64,000 nucleotides of DNA, taken from NCBI GenBank assembly GCA_965247115.1, contig CBDFGR010000003.1:1056001-1120000 (forward strand). Reading direction: 5' to 3'. The notes below the pieces were generated by a model. The model was given only the letters and a program-made list of their open reading frames with translations. It was not told where the DNA came from and made no database searches. Positions 56,729 to 64,000 of this stretch are shown here, piece by piece; within the stretch, counting starts at the first letter, position 1, and each line of letters begins with the position of its first letter. Both the position numbers and the translations under genes were made by a program. Source of the DNA: Myxococcota bacterium (lineage in GTDB: Bacteria; Myxococcota_A; UBA9160; SZUA-336).

Positions 56729-58844
56729 CTAGATACTAGCTCGACGGTCTCCGATAATCCTCGTCGGTTCCAGCGCGAGCTCGTGGTCCATGCTCCCGAT
56801 GAGCTCCGCACGATGTGTGACAACCACTCGAGTCACGTCGAGCTTTCCAATCTCTTCGTTGATCTGGGCCTCCAGTCGGGCATCCAGGTTCGACGTCCAC
56901 TCGTCGAGGAACAACACGCGAGGCTCTCTATAGAGCGCTCGGGCGAGCAGCACGCGCTGACGCTGTCCAGCGGACAGCATGCTCCCCATGTCGCCGATCT
57001 GGCTGTCGTACTGCATGGGCATGCTGGCGATCTCTCGATGAATCGCCGCCGTCTCCGCGCAGGAACGGATTCTGTCGGCGTCGCGCTCCACGTCGAACAA
57101 GCAGATGTTGTCCGCGATCGAGCCCGAAAGAAGCTGGTCGTTCTGCATGACCGCCGCGATCTGATGGCGATAAGTGCTCAATCCGAGCTGATCCAGACGC
57201 GTTCCGTCTACCCGTACCTCGCCCGAGCTCGGCGAAAGGAGCCCGAGCAGGAGCTTGATGAGCGTAGTCTTGCCACAGCCGGAAGGTCCCGTGATGGCGA
57301 TCGACTGGCCACGCTCGATCGTGAGGTTGAGACCCTCCAGGACCGGTGGGTCAGAGGCAGCGTAGCGGAACCCGAGGTCTACGAGCTCGATGCAGCCATC
57401 GACTCGTCTCGGACGCGAGCCGTTCGCAGGAGACCCGTCCTCCGCGCGGGTCAGCGCAATGTCCGCCACGCGGACGAGATGCAAGTCCAGCATCCGGAGC
57501 TCGATCGCCTGGTCAATCAGCGCGGAGAGCCTCGTCGTGAACTGACCCTTGTAGGACATGAACGCGAAGAGCATCCCGACCGTGAGCTCGTGGCTCAGGA
57601 CCAAGGTGGCTCCGAGGTAGATCACGGCCACGTTCTCGAGGCCGAAGAGAACGCCGCGGATCGCATCCTGACCGATAGCCAGCCTTCCTAGCCGGACACC
57701 TGCATTCAGCTGAGCGGCGTGGCGATTCTGCCAGACCACCTCACGATCCGACTCGCAGCCGAACACCTTGATGCTTTGCAGGGCCCGGAGCGTCTCGAAC
57801 ACGCTCGAGTCCTCCCTTGCGCCGGCCACGATCTGTTCCTCCGAGAGATCCTTGAGAGGAGCGTAGAAAGCGATGCGCGTGAACCAGTACAGGGTCACGG
57901 AGGCGAGTACGACCGAGGACAGCACCGGGCTGTAGGCGAGGATCATGGCGAGGGTCGCGAGCGCCATCAGCCCATTCGATCCCGACGGTGACCAACCCGG
58001 TGGTGAAGAGCCTGGTGATCGGCTCGAGCGAGCCGAAGCGGGAAACAACGTCTCCCAGGTGGCGCTTCTCGAAGTACGAGATGGGAAGTCGCAGCAGGTG
58101 GTGAAACAGGTTCGAGACGATCTGAAAGCCGAGCTCCGACCCCAGCCGCAAAACGAGCCATGAGCGCAGCGCCCTGGTCCCCAGATGGATCAGCATCAGA
58201 AGCACGAACGCCAGGGCGAGTAGCGAGAGAAGGTCCCGATCGCGCCTCGCGAGGCCCTCATCCACCACGAGCTGCATGTAGAACGGGCTCGCCAGCGCGA
58301 AGACCTGGAGGACCAGCGACACGACGAAGAGCTGAGCGAGAGCGCCCTTCAAGCCCGAGGCACGTCTCCAGAGATCCGCCAGCTGGAGCTTCTCGCTGCT
58401 GGGGCCGGGCTCGAATCCGTCCATGGGCAGGAGCTCCAGGGCCACCCCGGTCAGGTGTGGTGACGCCTCCCGAAGCGAGTAGGTCCGTCTGCCGAGGGCC
58501 GGATTGTGGACGACGATTCCGCGGCGTGAGGCGCTCCTCAGCACGACGAAGTGCGTCGCGTCCCAGTGCAGGATGGCCGGTGTCCTCAGTGCGCAGAGCT
58601 CATCCAGGGCGATCCGGAGGGGTCGGCAGCTCAGGCCGAGCTGGCTCGCCGTCAGCATGAGGGACTTGAGGCTGGTGCCTCGAAGCGACGCCGCGTGATC
58701 ACGCCGCAGAGAAGTCAGGTCGGTCTGGCGTCCGTGATAGCTCGCGACCATTGCAAGGCACGCCAGTCCGCACTCGGCCGCTTCCGTCTGAAGGAGCACA
58801 GGAAGTGCGGAGCGCCTCGAGAAGCGCAGCGCGGCGCTACTCAT
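56729..58844 (-). pseudogene. C39 peptidase-containing ABC exporter (CvaB/RaxB-like) with a one-base frameshift
   Basis: QTEAAECGLACL, LHW..HFVVL, GPSGCGKTT, LSAGQRQR and LFLDE. An extra A at 57975-57976 (ATC GAAT GGG versus ATC GAT GGG CTG ATG) splits the frame. Confidence 0.9.
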
Positions 58845-59773
58845 TCGGCGGCTCTCCAGAACTCCGGAAGGCGGTGCCATAGCAGCCACTCACCGGGCCG
58901 CGCACGGATCCAGCCCTCCGCTCGAGCCGCGAGCTGTCGCATGATGCGCGCGCTCGCGAGGGCCACGTCCTCGCCGTCGAGGACTCGTGCCAGCATGGGC
59001 CTTTCGAAGTGCACGACCTCTCGTCCGAGCTCGTCCGCATAGCTGACCGCTGGCAGAATGACCGCTCCAGCCAGCAGGGCGAGCAAGGCCGCGCCTGCGG
59101 GGAGTCGTGCGCTTCGGCCGAACAGCGGCACTACAACCGAGCGACCGGTTCCGAACGCGAGTGGCGTATCGAACTGTATGAGGAGCGTGTTGCCGGCGCG
59201 TAGCTCCAGCCAGGCTTTGAGGCCCGGCCGGTCCGAGAAGGGGATCGCGCCTACCTCGACACCGGCTGGTGCGAGCCGTCGGTAGGCAAGCTCTTCACGC
59301 CCGGTCCACTCTCGCAGCGTGATGACGCGGATCTGTCGGCCGGGCGGCGAGATCCGAACCAGCTTCGCGAACCCGCGCAGATAGCTGCCCATGTGAATCG
59401 TCGCCACCACGAGCGGGGTGCTCTCGCTCGGACCTACACGATCGCCGAGCTCGACACCGCTGTACGCGAACCCCTCTCCCCTGACGTCGACGCTATCTGC
59501 CAGCTCGACCGCGCGCGCCCGGCTCCCCAGGATGAGGTCGCGATAGTCACAGTGAAAGGAACAGGCGCGGTGAAATTGCTGCAGCGCGATGCGCCTCGCC
59601 TCGCGCGGAGACTCGTCCAGCGCCAGCTCTACGATCCGAGCAGCGCGGCGATGCGCCGAGCGCCCACACGTTGCGTAGGCTGCACCACCTAGCACCCGCG
59701 CGCAGCTTCGAGCGAGGGTCGCAGGGAGGTGCGAGGCGAGGAGCGTAGCCACAGAGACGATCCAACCAGGCAT
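58841..59773 (-). CDS. LpxL/lysophospholipid acyltransferase-like protein
   Basis: VATIHMGSY, IQFD, VPLFG..A.LPAG.A.LA...GA.I.P and IR..P.EW..WH. ATGA overlap with the exporter. Confidence 0.78.
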   Translation of the reverse strand: MPGWIVSVATLLASHLPATLARSCARVLGGAAYATCGRSAHRRAARIVELALDESPREARRIALQQFHRACSFHCDYRDLILGSRARAVELADSVDVRGEGFAYSGVELGDRVGPSESTPLVVATIHMGSYLRGFAKLVRISPPGRQIRVITLREWTGREELAYRRLAPAGVEVGAIPFSDRPGLKAWLELRAGNTLLIQFDTPLAFGTGRSVVVPLFGRSARLPAGAALLALLAGAVILPAVSYADELGREVVHFERPMLARVLDGEDVALASARIMRQLAARAEGWIRARPGEWLLWHRLPEFWRAAE

Positions 59774-59800
59774 GACCGTCGCAGGCTCGGCCCTGTGCGC

Positions 59801-60130
59801 TTACCAGCAGGCGGCAGGCTTGCCGCCATCCCCGCCCGAAAATGGAGCTCCGAAACTCATCATGCCGATGAAGCTCGAAATAGTATCCGTCACGTGCAGG
59901 GTGCCGACGGCCGCGTTGTAGGTCTTGCCGGGGTTGTCGTAGGCGTAACCAGCGACCTGGCCCCCGATCTCGCTGGTCAGCCCCATCGTCATGGTGGTCG
60001 CAAAGCCGCCGCAAGGCAGGCACATTCCGTACCCGAGGCCCAAACCGGCTAGCTGGCCTGCACTCACTGCGATCTGCCGCCCATCCCCACCGGACACGAA
60101 CTCGACCTCGGCTGGCGTCAACTCACGCAT
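59801..60130 (-). CDS. Double-glycine-leader bacteriocin/microcin precursor (109 aa)
   Basis: 15-aa leader MRELTPAEVEFVSGG, like the colicin V leader. Gly/Ala-rich 94-aa core; RBS caggagg. Confidence 0.88.
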   Translation of the reverse strand: MRELTPAEVEFVSGGDGRQIAVSAGQLAGLGLGYGMCLPCGGFATTMTMGLTSEIGGQVAGYAYDNPGKTYNAAVGTLHVTDTISSFIGMMSFGAPFSGGDGGKPAACW

Positions 60131-60734
60131 TTCTTCCTCCTGTTTCTCTTGGTCTGACGTTGATGAGAGGGCCCAGCAGCCACCCGATTAGGGAGCGCCG
60201 CTCGACGGTGATCTGCGTGCTGAGGCGCATCCCGGCGCGCAGCGGGACCTGCCTGCCGTGCACGACGAGCTCGTGCTCGACCAGCTCCACTGTGACGCGG
60301 TGTACCGGTTCCTCGATCACGATGGGGAGCTGCGGATCCCGTGGGAGCAGGATCGCCTCACTGACTTCACGCACCCGACCCCGGAAGCTGCCAAAGCGCG
60401 GGGATGGGAACGCATCGTAGTGCAGCCAGACCTGCTGGCCGGGCCCCAGAGAGCCGAAGGCGCGCGTCGGAACGTACAGCTCTGCGTGCAGCCCAGCACT
60501 TGCCGGTACGAGCGAGACGTCTGATTCACTCGCGCGCCCGAGTGACAGAACTCCTCGGACCGTCACCTGTCTTGCGTAGTGGCCCCAGACAAGCAGAGCG
60601 CCGAGCGCGCTACACGTGCATATGGCAAACACCGTCACCAGCGAGAGCCCAAGCGGCTGCGTCAGGATTACACCGCCCCAGATCGATGCGCTAGAGCGTG
60701 CGGTGGCTTCTTCTCGAAATAGCGTTTCCCTCAC
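60123..60734 (-). CDS. Short HlyD/CvaA-like secretion adaptor
   Basis: LFREEA, TM helix, Y.R.V.V.G.L, AELYVP.RA.G...GQ.V.L.YDAFP..RFG and L.AGM. The long helical hairpin is missing. Confidence 0.85.
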   Translation of the reverse strand: MRETLFREEATARSSASIWGGVILTQPLGLSLVTVFAICTCSALGALLVWGHYARQVTVRGVLSLGRASESDVSLVPASAGLHAELYVPTRAFGSLGPGQQVWLHYDAFPSPRFGSFRGRVREVSEAILLPRDPQLPIVIEEPVHRVTVELVEHELVVHGRQVPLRAGMRLSTQITVERRSLIGWLLGPLINVRPRETGGRNA

Positions 60735-60768
60735 TGCTCTCTGAGTGGAGCGAGCGGGGCACAAGGTG

Positions 60769-61068
60769 TCAGCATCGGTCAGACCTCCGCTTCGTCGGAG
60801 CCAGCGGCAAGCACGCACGACATAGCAAGAGTGCGCCGAGTACCAATAGTGTCGTCAGGCCGAGCCGGAGTCCGACCGAGAGCCCACCGCCAAGCAGCGT
60901 CGCCACGACGGCAACCGGCACCATGGCGACCAGACTCCAGATCGTCTCTTGCCGGGAACGGAAGTTGGAGCTCGATCCGCAGCGTGGACAGAGGTAGGGA
61001 CGACTCCGCGAGATCGCCAGCAAGCTCCAGGCCGTCGGCCGTCGTCCGCAGCTCGGACACTGCGCCAT
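60769..61068 (-). CDS. Small zinc-ribbon (CxxC x2) two-TM membrane protein
   Basis: CPSCG...CPRCG followed by two hydrophobic helices. Confidence 0.7.
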   Translation of the reverse strand: MAQCPSCGRRPTAWSLLAISRSRPYLCPRCGSSSNFRSRQETIWSLVAMVPVAVVATLLGGGLSVGLRLGLTTLLVLGALLLCRACLPLAPTKRRSDRC

Positions 61069-61168
61069 TTCATGAGTCCTGCGGGACCGAGCTGACGTTC
61101 GCCGGAAATGCCCTGGGGAGAACGTCCCCGAGTCTAGCGACGCGCCCGAAAAGTGCAGCCGGGCAGGA

Positions 61169-61507
61169 TCAGTTGGGGAGATCGGGGCCGAGCCCGCTCT
61201 CGCAACGAAACAGAACCCGGCTCAAGAGGCGACGTGAAGGGGCGTCCAGGTTGGAGAAGCGGACGGCAAACCCGGTCGGTGTCGTCCGAACGACCTCAGA
61301 GGGCAGCTCGATCTCGAAGGATCCCGGGTAGTAGGACAGCCGCATGCGCAGCGGGGTTCCGCTCTCCACAACGATGGAGGCACGCTCGACAAGGGCGCCG
61401 GAGGCGGAGACGTTCCACACCGTCCCGGTGCCAACCTGATCGTCACATCGGAACTCGACGGGTCCAGTCAGCTCGTAGCGCGTCGCCGCAGGTTTATCGG
61501 TCGGCAT
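61169..61507 (-). CDS. PilZ domain protein
   Basis: RY.L...V, NVSASGA and EVVR....GFAVRF. Confidence 0.8.
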   Translation of the reverse strand: MPTDKPAATRYELTGPVEFRCDDQVGTGTVWNVSASGALVERASIVVESGTPLRMRLSYYPGSFEIELPSEVVRTTPTGFAVRFSNLDAPSRRLLSRVLFRCESGLGPDLPN

Positions 61508-61582
61508 GCCGGACCTCCGGTGACGGCATCGGCGAGGAATCTGCTCAGCCTGAGTCGGGCAGGCTGGGCTCGCTGCAAGGCG

Positions 61583-62008
61583 TCAGCGGAGATTGGCTAG
61601 GACGACGCGGAGGATGTCGAAGCGGGTCACGGCGCCGATCAACTTCCCATCCAGCACGACCGGCAGGCGTCGGAAGCTGTTCCTGAGGAACAGGCCCGCC
61701 GCAAAGTAGATGTCTGTATCGGGCGTGATCGTGGTGATGTCCGTCTCCATGAAGCTCTCGACTTTGCCGCTCGGGACATCGGCTCCGTGACCGGTGGCGA
61801 TCAGCTTGAGACAGTCCTTCTCGGTCAGCATCCCCACGAGCTGCCCGGTCTCGTCCAGGACGGGCGCCCCGGTCACGTGGTTCTTGAGCAAGGACTCGAC
61901 GGCCACCAGAATGTCCGTGTCCGTTCGCACCGTGTGCACGCGGGTATCCATGAAGTCCCCGACTGCTGGCAAGGTCATGAGCAGGCTGGAGGTGCTCCCG
62001 CGCGGCAT
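61583..62008 (-). CDS. CBS domain pair protein
   Basis: GAPVLD..G.LVGMLTEKD and RRLPVV.DGKLIG..TR.D. Confidence 0.9.
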   Translation of the reverse strand: MPRGSTSSLLMTLPAVGDFMDTRVHTVRTDTDILVAVESLLKNHVTGAPVLDETGQLVGMLTEKDCLKLIATGHGADVPSGKVESFMETDITTITPDTDIYFAAGLFLRNSFRRLPVVLDGKLIGAVTRFDILRVVLANLR

Positions 62009-62169
62009 TCGTTATCCCCTCGATCCCGACCCGATCGGTACCGGCCGGGCAGCGTTTCGAGTCGCGGCGTCGACTCGTGGACCTATTGTGACCCATCGTT
62101 CGCTTGGATGGCAATCGCCAGCGCCGGCTCGCGGACTCCTGGAGCCGTTCCAGAAGTCCCCTGGTTCCG

Positions 62170-62823
62170 CTAGGTTACGCCGCTCGATGCGCACGCGCTG
62201 CGCAGCAGTCTGCGGTATCCAGCCAGGACGAGGGCGAGCGCGACCGCCTGCACCGCGTGGTAGAGCGAATTGTGATTGAAGTAGACCGGATGGACGGAGA
62301 TCTGCAGCAGCTGGATAGCCGCCGCGACGAAGGATAGGACGAGTCCCCAGGCCCCGATCGTGGCTCCGACCAGCTCGCCCCGCCGCGAAACCACGACGAA
62401 CACAACAAGCAAGAACAGAGCGGCTGGCAGGTAATTCGCGACGGCGACCCAGAACGCATCGGTCACGAACACCACCACCGCACAGTACGCTCCGAGCTGC
62501 AGCACCCCCATCCGGATGATCCAGCGGGCAGCCTCGGGACGAATCACGAGGTGTGCGCCGATCGCCCAGCCGGAGAGGGTGGTCAGGCCGATTCCCAGCA
62601 GCGTCCCGGGCCACAACAGCGCGTGGCCGCTGCTCGTGGGATCGACGAAGAAGCCGTGGACGGTCCCTCCGAACAGGGAAGACACCGACAGCGAGGCGAA
62701 GAACAGAGTCATCCAGCGGCGCAACGCTCCCTCGCCGATCCGGGGTCGCCAGACCAACCAGGCGAAGACCGCGCATTCGAGCGCCAGTGCGTAGTCCGTC
62801 AGTGTGACGTCGGGCTCGGTCAC
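62170..62823 (-). CDS. Multi-pass membrane protein (DUF6962-like)
   Basis: EPD..LTDY, GG..HG and FNHN.LYH. GTG start overlaps the HAD gene stop. Confidence 0.75.
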   Translation of the reverse strand: MTEPDVTLTDYALALECAVFAWLVWRPRIGEGALRRWMTLFFASLSVSSLFGGTVHGFFVDPTSSGHALLWPGTLLGIGLTTLSGWAIGAHLVIRPEAARWIIRMGVLQLGAYCAVVVFVTDAFWVAVANYLPAALFLLVVFVVVSRRGELVGATIGAWGLVLSFVAAAIQLLQISVHPVYFNHNSLYHAVQAVALALVLAGYRRLLRSACASSGVT

Positions 62824-63473
62824 GTCATCAGCCGAAGAATCTCCGAGGGCTCCCGGACCATGGCCCTGGCGCCGGCGGCCTGGAGCTCTTCGGCAGTGCG
62901 ATAGCCCCATAGGACCCCGAGAGGAAACATGCCCGCGGCGTTGGCAGTTCTCACGTCTACCTCGGTGTCACCGACGAAGAGGCATTCGCCCGGTGACACG
63001 TTCAAGCTCTCGGCGATCTCGAGCGCCCCGGCAGGATCGGGCTTTCTGGGGCGTGCGGGGTGCTCTCCGATCACTGGGGTAAACGTCCAGCGTCCCAACA
63101 GGTCGTTCACGCAGCGCTCTGTAGCAGACTGGGACTTGTTCGAGAGCACTGCCAGACCGACCCCTCGATCTGCCACATCGTCCAATAGCTCGGGAATCCC
63201 GCTGAAGGGTCTGGTAGAGACGTTCCAGCTTCGCTCGTACTCCTCGAAGTAGGCCTCGACACACTCCTTTATCAGTGCCTCGCTACGGCGGTGGGCGGGC
63301 AACGCCTGTCTCACGCACTCCGGAGCGCCGTCTCCAATGAGCATGCGATAGGACTCGATCTGGTGCGTGGGAAAGCCGCGAGCCTCGAGCACCCAATTGC
63401 AGGATGTCCCGATGTCGTGGAGGGTATCCAGGAGGGTACCGTCGAGATCGAAGATCAGAGCTGGGAAGTGCAT
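62820..63473 (-). CDS. HAD-family hydrolase (phosphoglycolate phosphatase-like)
   Basis: FDLDGTLLDT, LSNK, KPDP and VGDT.VD. Confidence 0.92.
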   Translation of the reverse strand: MHFPALIFDLDGTLLDTLHDIGTSCNWVLEARGFPTHQIESYRMLIGDGAPECVRQALPAHRRSEALIKECVEAYFEEYERSWNVSTRPFSGIPELLDDVADRGVGLAVLSNKSQSATERCVNDLLGRWTFTPVIGEHPARPRKPDPAGALEIAESLNVSPGECLFVGDTEVDVRTANAAGMFPLGVLWGYRTAEELQAAGARAMVREPSEILRLMT

Positions 63474-63515
63474 GGACCCACAGGGTGTAGGTTCCGAGTC
63501 TACCTTTCCTCGAGC

Positions 63516-64000
63516 TCAGCTGATGCGGATCAGCTCGAGGAGACGCGTACGAACGGCATCGACCTCCTGGAGCCGCAGGCCGACGCCTGGGGGCTCCTGG
63601 ACGTGCGTCACCACGAGGGCCTGACACTCGATGCTTCCGTTCTGTTCCGGCAGCAGGAACGTCACGTGGACTTCTTCAGCGATAGGGGGACGCTCCGACA
63701 CCAGGATCTGAACCCCCCCGTGCTTGATGTCGCGCTCGTAGATGCGCTTCAGCTCGCCCGGATCTCGCAGGTCCACCAGAAAGCCGGCATCCGTGCGAGG
63801 CGTCTCGCAGGTTCGGGGCGAGTCATCCTCGGGCTTCTCCTCGAGCAAGGCACGGATGGCCTCTCCGAGACTCACGAACCGGAAGCCGAGTGCGGACTTG
63901 AACATGGACGCCGCATAGCGGGGGTACACCTTCTTGCGTACCACGACACCCTCCGTGAAGTAGGGCGTACCCTCGGGAAGCTGGAGCTCGATGTGAAGGC
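63516..64000 (-). CDS. PilZ-like domain protein, 5' end beyond the window
   Basis: Frame is open to the window edge. DIKHGGV and A.VV....PPGVGLR; the tail of a second PilZ-like unit lies upstream. Confidence 0.65.
   Translation of the reverse strand, partial: LHIELQLPEGTPYFTEGVVVRKKVYPRYAASMFKSALGFRFVSLGEAIRALLEEKPEDDSPRTCETPRTDAGFLVDLRDPGELKRIYERDIKHGGVQILVSERPPIAEEVHVTFLLPEQNGSIECQALVVTHVQEPPGVGLRLQEVDAVRTRLLELIRIS

Overview
GC-rich bacterial DNA, read by eye with no database searches; coordinates described as approximate are estimates. The gene content (PilZ and HDOD proteins, TonB receptor, PhyH dioxygenase) fits a Myxococcota/deltaproteobacterium-like organism, which is an inference. 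The window has three zones. (1) gdhA at the left edge. (2) A decayed island of about 29 kb (about 1.8-31.2 kb) ending in a tyrosine integrase next to tRNA-Asp. It holds IS256/IS3/IS21/IS1380/IS481 pieces, broken defence-type genes (Lhr-like helicase, type III restriction subunit, SIR2, P63C), a broken RHS locus and a mostly intact uptake/hydrolysis cassette (carboxylesterase, TonB receptor, amidohydrolases, PhyH). (3) Core genome: tRNA-Val, lon-clpX-clpP-tig, menA/menB/menG, a sigma-70 factor, cls, hspQ, cysK and others. The most interesting locus is a tightly coupled minus-strand operon at about 56.7-61.1 kb: CxxC membrane protein, shortened HlyD, double-glycine bacteriocin precursor, LpxL-like acyltransferase and C39 peptidase ABC exporter (one-base frameshift). 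It is a candidate system for an acylated microcin/RiPP.
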